Notes: generated by a model not told the origin, from the sequence alone. Positions 24,453-34,465 are shown, counted from the whole stretch's first letter. The stretch is DNA of 61,816 bases, filler included, from an uncultured bacterium (GCA_964371695.1; 12 parts of 12 records of this genome joined end to end with filler, not necessarily neighbours in it), one strand, 5' to 3'. Made by a program: numbers and translations.

Positions 24453-25172
24453 GTGTTGCACCTGCCCTTGAAGATAAAACTGCTTTTGCCCCTGCTGGTG
24501 TTTGTGGTGGGTTTTCTGGTGTTTGGCGTGAGCACACAAAAAGCCCAGGAACAACTGGTGATCGGCGGACCGCTGTTTGAAGACATCCTGCTGCGCAATC
24601 AGGTGGTGGCCGACACGGCGCCACCGCCGCTCAACCTGCTGGAGGCCTATTTCAACGCCAACCAACTGTATCTTGAAGACGACCAGACGGTTATCGCAGG
24701 TCTGACAAAAAGGGGATTCGCCCTGCATGAAAAATACGACAAAACCCTGGCGATCTATCGTAAAAAACTGGCCCAAGGAACCCCGGAAAGGGCGCTGCTG
24801 GAAGAATCGGCCAAAGCGGCTCAGAAGTTTTTCAGAATGGCCGAAGCCTATTATTACCCCTGCATCAAAGACCGTGACGTGGCCAGTGGCCGCACGCTGC
24901 TGCGTGGCCCCCTGCTGATGTATTTCCAGCAGAATCAGGTTCCCGTCTCAAAGCTCCTTGTCCTGTCCCAAAAAGAAAATGACGCCGCGCTGAAAGCCGC
25001 CAAGCAACAAACCGCCGACATTGTGCGCAACCAGTGGCTGCTGCTGATTGTCATTGGCAGCCTGAGTGTGGGGCTGGGACTTTTTTTCAGCAGCGGTGTC
25101 ATCCGGCAGGTTTCCCGCATCGCCTGGGTGCTCGAAAAAATGGCCGTGGGAGACCTGACGCACCGGGTTTGA
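24453..25172 (+). CDS. chemoreceptor-type sensor (TM, four-helix periplasmic domain, TM, partial HAMP) lacking a signalling domain
   Basis: GGPLF...ADTAPPP sensor motif; ends LEKMAVGDLTHRV in mid-HAMP. Confidence 0.75.
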   Translation: MLHLPLKIKLLLPLLVFVVGFLVFGVSTQKAQEQLVIGGPLFEDILLRNQVVADTAPPPLNLLEAYFNANQLYLEDDQTVIAGLTKRGFALHEKYDKTLAIYRKKLAQGTPERALLEESAKAAQKFFRMAEAYYYPCIKDRDVASGRTLLRGPLLMYFQQNQVPVSKLLVLSQKENDAALKAAKQQTADIVRNQWLLLIVIGSLSVGLGLFFSSGVIRQVSRIAWVLEKMAVGDLTHRV

Positions 25173-25182
25173 TGCGGAGGTT

Positions 25183-25605
25183 TCAGGCCAGACGGCTGTG
25201 GATGGCCACGCCGCCGCCGAGGGCCTTGTGAACGGGGCACATTTTGCTGATCTGCAGCAGGCGTTCGGCCACTTCGGGCGTGGGGGGTTTTTCGAACGAA
25301 AGATTCAGGGTGACGGTCTGCCGGGGTTTGCCGCCGGTGGCTTCAGAGGCTTCTTCAAGATGCAGGTCGGCGTCTACGGTGATTTCCCCCACGTCATGAC
25401 CCTTGCGCTGGTTGTACATTTTCAGTGTGATGGCGGTGCAGGCGCACAGGGCGCTGAGCAGCAGCTCCATGGGCCGGGGGCCGGTGTCCGCGCCGCCGTG
25501 GTCTGGCGGTTCGTCGGCCACAAACGAAAACTGGCGCACCGTGAGCTGGGTTTGAAAAGGCTGGCCCAGACGGGCCTGGGCGTGCATGGGGGGCTGCGAA
25601 GACAT
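25183..25605 (-). CDS. OsmC family protein
   Basis: [36 protein letters not shown] at 25605. Confidence 0.92.
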   Translation of the reverse strand: MSSQPPMHAQARLGQPFQTQLTVRQFSFVADEPPDHGGADTGPRPMELLLSALCACTAITLKMYNQRKGHDVGEITVDADLHLEEASEATGGKPRQTVTLNLSFEKPPTPEVAERLLQISKMCPVHKALGGGVAIHSRLA

Positions 25606-25891
25606 GCAAATAAGGTTAGCAGGGTGTTGAGGAACACCCTGCTGGTGACGCAGGCGTCTTCGCCCATAGCTGCTGACTTTGCAAGCGGCTGTTTGGAATG
25701 AAGGAACGGTGGTGGCCACCATTGCCCTCTCCCTGAGGGAGAGGGCAGCCCGTGACTGAACAGCGTGAGGTCACGGGCGGGTGAGGGGGAAAGAAAACTA
25801 GCTGCAAAAACTTAGCTTTCGAGAAGCCACCCTTTCCCCCTCACCCGTCCACGGCTTCGTTTCACTCAGCCGTGTCCTGCCCTCTCCCTGA

Positions 25892-25945
25892 GAGCCTGTT
25901 TTAAAATTAGGGCATGTGGAACATGGTCTGATTTTAAGCAGGCTC
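25892..25945. mobile_element. IS5 (IS1031-like) mini-MITE inserted in a BoxC-like hairpin
   Basis: TGA|GAGCCTGTTTTAAAAT...ATTTTAAGCAGGCTC; same ends as 57993-58175. Confidence 0.7.
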
Positions 25946-26183
25946 NNNNNNNNNNNNNNNNNNNNNNNNNNNNNNNNNNNNNNNNNNNNTTAATTAATTA
26001 ANNNNNNNNNNNNNNNNNNNNNNNNNNNNNNNNNNNNNNNNNNNNAAAAGAGCGCGTGATTTTGTTTGCCCGACTCCCCTGTGTTTTTTGCCGTTCCGGG
26101 CGAGGGCAAGGCCCCCGCTACTCAGGCAAACCTAACAGCAATGGACGTCACCGCTACTCACTTTGGCGTAATACCTGTGGCGC

Positions 26184-26480
26184 TCAGCCCAGAAACTGCT
26201 CGATAGCCGCCGCCAGTTGGGTGTCGCGGATGGTGATGGCCCCCCCGGCGTCGTGGGTGCTCAGGCTCAGGCGCACCTTGCGGAAACGGATGTCCATGTC
26301 GGGGTGGTGGTTCTGTTTTTCGGCCAGCGCGCCCACCGCGCCCACAAACAACAGCGCCGCCGGAAACGAGCCGAACACAAAGGTTTTGGTGAGCTGGTTG
26401 TTTTCTTCGCGCCAGCCGGGCAGTTTTTTGAACGCCACGGCCAGTTCGTCGGGCGAAAGCGGCGCCGGGGCGTCACTCAT
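26184..26480 (-). CDS. phhB: pterin-4a-carbinolamine dehydratase
   Basis: AEKQNHHPD, STHDAGG. Confidence 0.93.
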   Translation of the reverse strand: MSDAPAPLSPDELAVAFKKLPGWREENNQLTKTFVFGSFPAALLFVGAVGALAEKQNHHPDMDIRFRKVRLSLSTHDAGGAITIRDTQLAAAIEQFLG

Positions 26481-27604
26481 GGCTGACCTGCCGGGGCCTG
26501 ACCCGAACCCGACACCACTGGCGGCTGCATCACCGGCGGATCGGCGTTGATGGGGGCGAAGATGTTGCCGTCGGGGAAAAGATCCCTGTGGCGGGGGGCG
26601 ATGTCGGGTTTGTAGGTTTTCGCCAGCAGGGCGTTGAGTTCGTCTTTGGCCTTTTGAAAACTGCCCTGTTTCTGGCGCTGCATCAGCATGGGTTTGGCCT
26701 CTTCAAACGTGGCCGCGCCCTTGGGTTTTTTGTCAATCAGCTTGATGAGATGCACACCAAACGGGCTTTGCACGGGCTGGCTCAGCTCCCCCTTGGCCAG
26801 CGAAAACGCGGCTTCTTCAAAGGGCGGCACCATCTGGCCCCGTGGGAAGTACCCCAGGTCACCCCCATTGGCGGCAGAGCCGGGATCCTGCGATTTGGTG
26901 CGGGCGGCTTCTTCAAAACTGATCTGTTTTTTGAGGATGCTGGTGCGCAGCGCCGTGCCCAGGGCCAGACACTGGGTTTTGCCCTCGCAGCGCAGCAGGA
27001 TGTGCGCGGCACGCACCCGTTCGGGATAAATGAATTCCTGGGGGTGTTCGGCGTGATAGGCCCGCATCTCGGCCTCGGTCTGTGTTTTCTGGAATTTCGC
27101 GCTCACCTTGGCGAACAGGCGGTTGGCCAGCAGTGTTCTTTCCCGCGAGCGCCGCAGATCCTTGAGGGTTTTGCCGCGCACCCGCAGGGCTTCTGCCAGT
27201 TGCTGGGGGCCGCCCACCTGGGTGGTGATGGTGTTGATTTCCTGGTCCAGGTCCGCCTGGGTCACCTTGACGCCCTGGCGGCGGGCCTCCAGCACCAGCA
27301 TGTGGCCGATGGCGATGTCGCGCATCACCTGCTGGGCCATCATTTTGTGGCCGGGGGTGCCCGGCGCATAGGGTGTGCCGCCGGGGTGACGGCGCAGAAA
27401 CTCCTCGTTGAACTCCTGCTCGGTGATCTGTTCGTTGCCCACCACCATGGCCACGCCCTTGGCGGGCAGGGGGCGGTTGAGCACCGCTCCTTTTTTGGCG
27501 GCGGGGGCGGGCGTTTTGCCTTTTTGGCAACCGGCGAACGACAGGCCCAGCACCAGCGCGGCGGGCGCAGCCCAGCACCAGAATGAAAAAGTGCGGATGT
27601 TCAC
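26477..27604 (-). CDS. PrsA/SurA-like parvulin peptidyl-prolyl isomerase lipoprotein
   Basis: Lipobox FAGC; AAHILL, SQDPGSAANGGDLGYF, MVPPFEEAAF, FGVHLI. Confidence 0.92.
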   Translation of the reverse strand: MNIRTFSFWCWAAPAALVLGLSFAGCQKGKTPAPAAKKGAVLNRPLPAKGVAMVVGNEQITEQEFNEEFLRRHPGGTPYAPGTPGHKMMAQQVMRDIAIGHMLVLEARRQGVKVTQADLDQEINTITTQVGGPQQLAEALRVRGKTLKDLRRSRERTLLANRLFAKVSAKFQKTQTEAEMRAYHAEHPQEFIYPERVRAAHILLRCEGKTQCLALGTALRTSILKKQISFEEAARTKSQDPGSAANGGDLGYFPRGQMVPPFEEAAFSLAKGELSQPVQSPFGVHLIKLIDKKPKGAATFEEAKPMLMQRQKQGSFQKAKDELNALLAKTYKPDIAPRHRDLFPDGNIFAPINADPPVMQPPVVSGSGQAPAGQP

Positions 27605-28134
27605 GCCACCTCTTTACCCATGCTTTTGAGCAGGGTGGCGACTTCCTGCATCACGGTGTCGGCACCCACGCCTTCTGCCGTGTGCAACACTTTAACGGCG
27701 ATGTTTTTGGCCTCACTGAAGGGTTCCGGTGCGCTGAGCAGCACCTGTGTGAAGGCCCCTGCGGAAACAGGAGGCGGGGCGCTCGACTGACGCAGGCTGA
27801 GGATCACACCCGCCTCACGCCGGGACAGGAAATCCGCCATGCCCGTCAGATCGGCGGCGTCTTCGGCGGCATCTATATATAAGGCCACGTCGGGGGAAAG
27901 TTCCGGGAATACCCGTTTTTGCAGGCGGCTGTAAAGGGCGAAACGGTCTTTTGGGTCCAGCACGCCGGTGTGCACCAGCGAATCGAGCGTGGTGATGATC
28001 TGCCGCCCGCCGATATCCAGCTGGTCGCGGTCGCGACCCAGCAGCACCACCTGGGCCCCTGCGCTGGCAAACACCAGGGCGGCCTGCACGCTGGCGGGTC
28101 CGGTGAAGAAAACAGCAATGCTCTGGGCGCTCAT
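27601..28134 (-). CDS. degenerate 3-hydroxyacyl-CoA dehydrogenase NAD-binding-like domain protein
   Basis: IAVF...AALVFASAGAQVVL...LDSLVHTGVL pattern; GxGxxG absent. Confidence 0.55.
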   Translation of the reverse strand: MSAQSIAVFFTGPASVQAALVFASAGAQVVLLGRDRDQLDIGGRQIITTLDSLVHTGVLDPKDRFALYSRLQKRVFPELSPDVALYIDAAEDAADLTGMADFLSRREAGVILSLRQSSAPPPVSAGAFTQVLLSAPEPFSEAKNIAVKVLHTAEGVGADTVMQEVATLLKSMGKEVA

Positions 28135-28158
28135 CGGGAAGAGAAGTATAACAAATAT

Positions 28159-28689
28159 TCAACTATGGCTGCCGTCGTGGTAATGGGCCACCCAACCGGC
28201 GGGGTCCTGAAAAAACCGGATGGCCACAATGCGTTTCTGACCGGTGAGATTGAACCAGTGCCACACGCCCTTGGGCACGTTGATGAAATCCCCGGCATGC
28301 ACCAGCAGGTCAAAAGGGGCCACGCCTTCTGGTGCGAAACCGAACACGCCTTCTCCCGCCGCCACAAACCGCACTTCGTCATCGGTGTGGTGATGTTCGC
28401 GAGCGTATTTGGCGCAGATGCCCGCCAGCCCCGGCACACCGGCGTGCAGGGCCACCACATCGCTGGCCACATAACCCTGGCCCCTGAGTTTTTCACGCAT
28501 GGCGTCATAAGCGGTGAGCAAGCCGTTTTTGTCGGCGTCGTCCCACACTTCCTTTTCCATCAAACCGGGTGCAATGCCCTGCACGGGCCAGCGCTCAAAA
28601 TTCACGCCAAAAGCGGCGAGAAAAGCCGTGATTTCACCCTCGTCGCTGGTGGTGGTGTTCTGGTTGCCGTGAATGGTGAGTGTGGCCAT
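28159..28689 (-). CDS. mtnD: acireductone dioxygenase
   Basis: EHHHTDDEVRF, VPKGVWHWF, AIRFF..GW. Confidence 0.92.
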   Translation of the reverse strand: MATLTIHGNQNTTTSDEGEITAFLAAFGVNFERWPVQGIAPGLMEKEVWDDADKNGLLTAYDAMREKLRGQGYVASDVVALHAGVPGLAGICAKYAREHHHTDDEVRFVAAGEGVFGFAPEGVAPFDLLVHAGDFINVPKGVWHWFNLTGQKRIVAIRFFQDPAGWVAHYHDGSHS

Positions 28690-28939
28690 GGGAGTTTCCT
28701 TGGGAATGATTTGGGTGGCCTTCAAAAATGTTGGTCAGGAAAAAAAGGGAAACATTGTCGCCTCTCCCCTTTATGGGGAGAGGGTGGCGCGGAGCGCCGG
28801 GTGAGGGGTTAAACAAAAAGCAAAAATAATGATTTGGTTTTTTGTTTTTTCGCTCTGCCCCTCACCCGGTCCTGCGGACCACCCTCCCCCCAGAGGGGGG
28901 AGGGAACAATGGGGGCGTTTTTAATAAACCAGCCCGGCC

Positions 28940-29497
28940 CTAGTTCGATTCCAGCAGCCCCAACTGGCCATCCTTGCGTTTGTAGATGACGTTGGTTTTG
29001 AGCGTGTCGGCGTTGGTGAACATGAAAAAATCGTGGCCGATCATTTCCAGTTGCAGCGCCGCGTCTTCCACCGCCATGGGTTTCAGAGCGAACTGCTTGG
29101 TGCGCACCACGCGGGGCACAGCGGGCAGGGCCGATTCACCCGCCAGCGCCCGCGCCTTGGGCTGGGCCACCATTTTGCTGCCTTTTTCCACGCGGCCCTT
29201 GCGCACACGGCGTTCCTTCAGGCGGCGGGCCTGGCGCTCCAGTTTGGTGGTGGCGATGTCAATGCTGGCGTACATGTTCACGGTGGTTTCTTCGGCCCTG
29301 AGCACGTTGTGGCCGCTGTGAATGGTGATTTCCGCCTTGTGGGTTTCTTCGGTGCCCTTGATGGCCTGCTTGATGAGCAGAACCTCCACGTGGTCCACTT
29401 TGCCAATGATCTTGGCCACCTTGGCCAGTTTTTCTTCCAGGTGGTCTTTCAGTCCGTCGCTCACGGACATGCCGCGGCCTTTCACCGTAATCTGCAT
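28940..29497 (-). CDS. hpf: ribosome hibernation promoting factor, long form
   Basis: MYASID...KLERQ; C-domain KPMAVEDAALQLEMIGHDFF...YKRKDG. Confidence 0.95.
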   Translation of the reverse strand: MQITVKGRGMSVSDGLKDHLEEKLAKVAKIIGKVDHVEVLLIKQAIKGTEETHKAEITIHSGHNVLRAEETTVNMYASIDIATTKLERQARRLKERRVRKGRVEKGSKMVAQPKARALAGESALPAVPRVVRTKQFALKPMAVEDAALQLEMIGHDFFMFTNADTLKTNVIYKRKDGQLGLLESN

Positions 29498-29622
29498 GTG
29501 GGTCTCCTTTTTCTGTGGGCCGGCGGATTTCGCCGGGGACTTATTTTAGGTGCATTTTCATACAGGCCAAAAAGGTCCGGTATTTTGCGCCTCGGCCTCC
29601 TGAAGTTTGCAGAGACGGCGTA

Positions 29623-29705
29623 GCGGTTCATTCGACTCAAAATGAGTAACAGCGATGTCCCCATCGCCGTGGTGCAAGCGCGGTGCGGACACCGCGCCTA
29701 CTCCT
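29623..29705. mobile_element. IS630-like MITE left end with REP hairpins
   Basis: TA|GCGGTTCATTCGACTCAAAATGAGTA...GACACCGCGCCTACT. Confidence 0.7.
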
Positions 29706-29717
29706 GTGAGGCGGTTA

Positions 29718-30884
29718 TCAGCGGTACATCCCCACGCCCTGTGTGCTTTGCAGCAGCTTGCCCTCGTGTTTGAAGCTGGGGGCAATCACCATGTCCACCT
29801 TCTGGAACTCGCGGATGTTTTTGGCTCCCGTCAGGCCCAGGGCCTCGCGGATGGCCCCGGCGAAGTTCTCGGTGCCGTCGTCGGTGCGGGCAGGGCCCAG
29901 GATGAGCCGCTCCAGCGTGGTGCTGACACCGGCGTGGACCCGTGCGCCCCGGGGCAGGCTGGCGTGGGGCGTGGCCATGCCCCAGTGATAACCCCGGCCC
30001 GGGGCCTCGGCGCAGCGCGCAAAGGGGCTGCCGATCATCACGCCATCGCCCCCGGCGGCCAGGGCCTTGCAGATGTCGCCACCCGTGCGCATGCCGCCGT
30101 CCACAATCACGGCCACGCGGCGTTTGTTTTTCTTCAGGAAGTATTCCCGCGCCTGGGCCCCGTCCCGCGCTGCGGTGATCTGCGGCACCCCCACGCCCAC
30201 CACGCCCCGCGTGGTGCAGGCCGCGCCGGGGCCAATGCCCACCAACAGCGCGTCCACGCCGGTGGCCATCAGTTCCAGCGCCACGCCATAACCCACCATG
30301 TTGCCCACCACCACGGGCATGTTCAGGCTTTTGCAGAGTTTTTTCAGATCCAGCGCGCTGCCGGTTTTGCTTTGGTGTTTCACGGCGGTCACGGTGCTCT
30401 GCACCACAAACACGTCGGCCCCGGCCTCTTGCGCCAGCGCGCCGAACTCGGCGGCGTCGGCGGGTGTGGAGCTGACCGCCGCCGCCACACCGGCGGACTT
30501 GATTTCGCTCACGCGCTGGGCGATCAACTCGCGTTTGATCGGCTCGGCGTAAATCTTCTGCATCAGCGCCGTGGCTTCTTCTTTGGTGGCCTTGGCGATT
30601 TTTTCCAGCACCGGCGCGGGGTTTTTGTAGCGGGTCTGCACACCGTGCAGGTTCAGCACCGCCAAGCCGCCCATCTTGCCGTATTCCTGTGCGAGGTGAA
30701 CGTTCACCGTGCCGTCCATGGCACTGGCCAGCACGGGCACACCCAGCTTGAGGCCACCGATGTTCAGGCTGATGTCCACGTCTTTCGGGTCGATGGTGCG
30801 CCCGCTGGGCACAATGGCCACGTCGTCAAAGCCATAGGCTGGGCGCAGGGTCTTGAAGGGGCGGGGCGGGGTGTCGTTGGGCAT
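29718..30884 (-). CDS. guaB3: GuaB3-family IMP dehydrogenase
   Basis: AYGFDDVAIVP, GIGPGAACTTR, HWGMATPHASLPRG; no CBS domains. Confidence 0.9.
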   Translation of the reverse strand: MPNDTPPRPFKTLRPAYGFDDVAIVPSGRTIDPKDVDISLNIGGLKLGVPVLASAMDGTVNVHLAQEYGKMGGLAVLNLHGVQTRYKNPAPVLEKIAKATKEEATALMQKIYAEPIKRELIAQRVSEIKSAGVAAAVSSTPADAAEFGALAQEAGADVFVVQSTVTAVKHQSKTGSALDLKKLCKSLNMPVVVGNMVGYGVALELMATGVDALLVGIGPGAACTTRGVVGVGVPQITAARDGAQAREYFLKKNKRRVAVIVDGGMRTGGDICKALAAGGDGVMIGSPFARCAEAPGRGYHWGMATPHASLPRGARVHAGVSTTLERLILGPARTDDGTENFAGAIREALGLTGAKNIREFQKVDMVIAPSFKHEGKLLQSTQGVGMYR

Positions 30885-31229
30885 TTGGGTCTCCTTGTAA
30901 CAACCCAGGCCAGACGCTCAACCGCCACTCGCCTGAGTGGCGAGGCATGGTATCAGACTCTTTGCACGGACGGGGGAAGTTGGAAGCCTGTGATTGGCGG
31001 CTGGAAGTTGTTAAATGAAAAGGCCCCATCACCCCCCGGCGTCACTCCCGCGAAAGCGGGAATCCAGTCAGACATGAGAAAAAATCCAGTTCTGGTGGCG
31101 CGAGTAGCCACAGGCGTCCCCCCCTGTGGNNNNNNNNNNNNNNNNNNNNNNNNNNNNNNNNNNNNNNNNNNNNTTAATTAATTAANNNNNNNNNNNNNNN
31201 NNNNNNNNNNNNNNNNNNNNNNNNNNNNN

Positions 31230-31973
31230 CGCCAGAGCCGGGTCGTTCTTTTTCAGACGGCGGCGGATTTCGGCCTGGGCCAAGGCCTTTTCCGTCACCG
31301 GCAGCGTCAGCCCTTCCAGCGCCGGTTTCTGTGCCGGTTCCTGCTGGTTCAACGCGGCGTAAAAATCGCGCCAAGCCGTGTCCAGCGCCTGATCCGCCAG
31401 GGCAAAGAAGGCTGCCTGGGCGTTTTTTTCGGCTTGCACCTGCCTCAGTTGCAGACCCGCAATGGCCCCCTGACCCACCCGCGCCTGAAACACGGTTTCC
31501 AGCTTGCCGATTTCATCCATCAGCAGACTGGCCACGGCCTGTTCGGACAGGGCCGCCAGCACGGCCAGATATTTTTCGCGCACCTCGGCGTCTTTTTCGC
31601 GCAAAAGCCGCTGTTGCCGCAGACGCACTTCCCGCACCGCCAGCACTGCCTGTGCCTGCAACACCTCGCGGCTCTGCGGCGAAACCGCCTCCCGCTCCAA
31701 ACCATAACTCACCCGGCCACCGGGAGCGTCTGACTGCAAATCCAGCCCCACCCGCCATTCTCCCTGCCTGGGAGCAGGCACCCGCGACAGACCACCGGAG
31801 GCAAGGGCCACGGCTTCTTCCTGCTTCAGCACACGTTGCTGGGGATGCTGACGCCGGGCGATGGCCTGGGCCTGTGAGAGCGTCAGCACGTCTGACTGCG
31901 CCCACACAACCTGCGCCACCAACAGCCCCAAAACAGCCATCCGCGTGCTGCGTAAAAAATCAGTGCCCGCCAT
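31230..31973 (-). CDS. TolC/CzcC-like outer membrane efflux protein (3' truncated)
   Basis: LTLSQAQAIARRQHP start motif, heptad helices, RVGQG; start 31973 or 31940. Confidence 0.7.
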
Positions 31974-32571
31974 GGCCGCCACCGTGCGCCGGGGCGCTGG
32001 TTTTGCTTTTGATCCACTCGTGGGCGATGAGTTGGGCTTTTTTCACCCCACCGGCAAAAGCGGCGGCGGCTTTGGCGTCTGCCCCCTTCAGGGCCAGACC
32101 CTTGCCCATCACAAATGGGGCCGCCACACCCTTGCCCCGAAACTGCCCCACAAAAGCGGCGGGCAACTTGGCCGCGGGGCCGGAAAAAGCCAGGGCCTTG
32201 AGCACCCCTGCTTTTGCATCCATGGACACCCCCACGTCGCTGTCGTCGGTGGTGGTGGTGAAAAACACCAGCCCCAGGCTGTGGCCCTGTTTGGCCACGG
32301 CGATGTAAAACGGCGGGTGATAGTCGTGGTCTTTCAAACGACCACCGGCCTTTTTCACGGCGGCCTCCACGGCCCCCACGTTGGGCAGGCCCACGTGCTC
32401 CAGCTTGAAGCTGGCCGCCTGGGGCAACAACGCCTTCAGCTTTTTTTGCAACGCCGCTTCGTCCTGATCGTTGGCGTGCACCTGCCCCCCATGGGCCAGG
32501 GCGCGGCCTGCCACACCGCCCGTCAGTGTCAGAGCCAAACCAAAAAACACCACTTTGCTGAACCGGAACAT
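31960..32571 (-). CDS. secreted protein with His-rich termini
   Basis: AGGAGG RBS; signal peptide ALA|HGGQVH; C-terminal AHGGGHGGH. Confidence 0.75.
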   Translation of the reverse strand: MFRFSKVVFFGLALTLTGGVAGRALAHGGQVHANDQDEAALQKKLKALLPQAASFKLEHVGLPNVGAVEAAVKKAGGRLKDHDYHPPFYIAVAKQGHSLGLVFFTTTTDDSDVGVSMDAKAGVLKALAFSGPAAKLPAAFVGQFRGKGVAAPFVMGKGLALKGADAKAAAAFAGGVKKAQLIAHEWIKSKTSAPAHGGGHGGH

Positions 32572-32683
32572 GTCTTCCTCCTGTTGTGGCCGGGCAAAAA
32601 ACGCCACGGCCCACCGCTGCCGAGGGGCCGCCCACAGGCAACCCACCGGAGAATTACCCGCCAGACGGGTTATTCCGGGCGGC

Positions 32684-33100
32684 TCAAATCAGCCAGGAGG
32701 AAAACTGGACACGCAAAGGAACAGCAGAAAGAAGGGGTGGCGAAGCGGCCACCTGTTGCGCCCGGGGGGTCTGCACCGCCACCGGCGTTTGCCAAAAATC
32801 AACCAGCACAAAATGAGAGAGGTTTTCTGCAGCACTGTCCCAACCGGCAAGAGAAGTCTGTAAGCCTGACACCTGCGTGCCCTCACAAACACAGCCGCCC
32901 TCGTCGGCGCAATGCCCGGCGTCTGACGGTGAAGAAGACACCACGCCCTTGCCCACCTGTTGAGCGCCCCCATGACAGGACGGCGCAGACTGGACGGGCT
33001 TTTCGGCAGCGCGGGCCGACACGGCGCAGGACAAACCATGGGCGGGCAACAGCATCACCGCCAGGGCCATCAGCCACCGGCGCCAGCGTGCTTTCTGCAT
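32684..33100 (-). CDS. small Cys/His-rich secreted protein (CzcI/DUF2946-like)
   Basis: Signal-like N-terminus, SCH, HC...CVC, C-terminal PP...PL...WLI; lies upstream of the metal-efflux-like genes. Confidence 0.6.
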   Translation of the reverse strand: MQKARWRRWLMALAVMLLPAHGLSCAVSARAAEKPVQSAPSCHGGAQQVGKGVVSSSPSDAGHCADEGGCVCEGTQVSGLQTSLAGWDSAAENLSHFVLVDFWQTPVAVQTPRAQQVAASPPLLSAVPLRVQFSSWLI

Positions 33101-33146
33101 CCAACGGCCCTTCACTGTGTTAAGGGTAAGAACTCCGGGGCATCTG

Positions 33147-33758
33147 TCAAGCGCCTATCAGCGGCACAAAGCGGTAACCGGGATATTCGCGCTCCCACAA
33201 ACGCCCCGTGGCGTCTTTGCGCACCCGCCAGATGCTGCCCTCCACCGGCAGCACCATCACGCCCTCTGGCGCAAGCTGGGCCACCAGGGCCTGGGGCAGG
33301 CGCGAGGCCGCCGCCGACACCAGAATGCGGTCATAGGGGGCCTCTGGCGGCCAGCCCAGTGTGTCCATGGCCTGATGAAAACTCACCCAGGGGCAGTCCC
33401 CCACGTTCTGTTTTCCCATCAACACCAGTTCGGGCACCAGTTCCACCGCCACCACCCGGCCCGCAGGCCCCACCAGATTCGCCAGCAGCGCGGTGGTCCA
33501 GCCGCTGCCGCTGCCCACGTCCAGCACCCGCTGGCCCGGCTTCACGTCCAGTTCCTCCAGCATCATGGCCACCACGGTGGGTTGGGAAATGGTGGCCTCG
33601 TGGCCAATGCCCAGGGCCGTGTCGTCATAGGCCCGGAACAGGTCATGCTCCCGCACAAAAAACTGCCGGTCGACGTGTTCAAACGCCGAAATCACCGCTG
33701 GCGAACGCAGCACCCCCCGGCGCATCAGGTCGTTCAATAAATCCTGATAACCCTCCAC
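33147..33758 (-). CDS. pcm: protein-L-isoaspartate O-methyltransferase
   Basis: TISQP, VLDVGSGSGW, APYDRILVSAA, FVPL. Confidence 0.94.
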   Translation of the reverse strand: MEGYQDLLNDLMRRGVLRSPAVISAFEHVDRQFFVREHDLFRAYDDTALGIGHEATISQPTVVAMMLEELDVKPGQRVLDVGSGSGWTTALLANLVGPAGRVVAVELVPELVLMGKQNVGDCPWVSFHQAMDTLGWPPEAPYDRILVSAAASRLPQALVAQLAPEGVMVLPVEGSIWRVRKDATGRLWEREYPGYRFVPLIGA

Positions 33759-33940
33759 CAACTCATTTTACAGGGTGTTCCAAGTCATCTGGATTCTCGC
33801 CTTCGCGGGAATGACGACAGGGGGTGATGTTTTTACATTGCCCTCACCCGGCGCTCCGCGCCACCCTCTCCCATGCAAAGCACGGGAGAGGGGAACGATG
33901 AGGTCTTTTTTATCAGCTCCAGCCTCCAGCTTCCGACCTG

Positions 33941-34465
33941 TTACTGGCACACCCAACTGTCCACCATCACGTTGCGCACATAACCCGTCGCGCCGTTCAC
34001 CAGACGCACGCGGGTGAACCCCAACGGGTCGGTATCGGCCCGCTGGGCGTCCTGGCGGTGCAGCACATACAACGAACTGCTGTCCAGCGTGCCCACCGCC
34101 GAGGCGGTGCTGCTGGGGGCGCGGCGCACCGGCTCGCGCACACTCAGCACCGGCAGACCCACCCAGCTTTGTCCCGGCAGGTTCAGGCGGCGGCCCTGGG
34201 CGTCGCAGGCCCCCACCAGTCCGCCAAAGGCCCAGCCCCGGCGTCCGTTCGCACTGACTTCATACCAGCCGTTTTTCTCCGAGAGCACCTCCACCGTCTG
34301 GCCCATCCGCAGCAGGGCCACCTCCCCTGCCCCCAGGGCCGGGCTGGTGCGCACCCGCACATTATCCGACCCCAACCGCACCCGCTGGGCCGCCCCGGCG
34401 CTCAACGGCAACGCCAGCGACAGCACCGCACAAACACCCATCAAACCGTTTCTGAAACTCGTCAT
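33941..34465 (-). CDS. secreted SH3b-domain protein
   Basis: Signal peptide; NVRVRTSP...VEVLSEKNGWYEV...GW; second SH3-like repeat. Confidence 0.8.
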   Translation of the reverse strand: MTSFRNGLMGVCAVLSLALPLSAGAAQRVRLGSDNVRVRTSPALGAGEVALLRMGQTVEVLSEKNGWYEVSANGRRGWAFGGLVGACDAQGRRLNLPGQSWVGLPVLSVREPVRRAPSSTASAVGTLDSSSLYVLHRQDAQRADTDPLGFTRVRLVNGATGYVRNVMVDSWVCQ

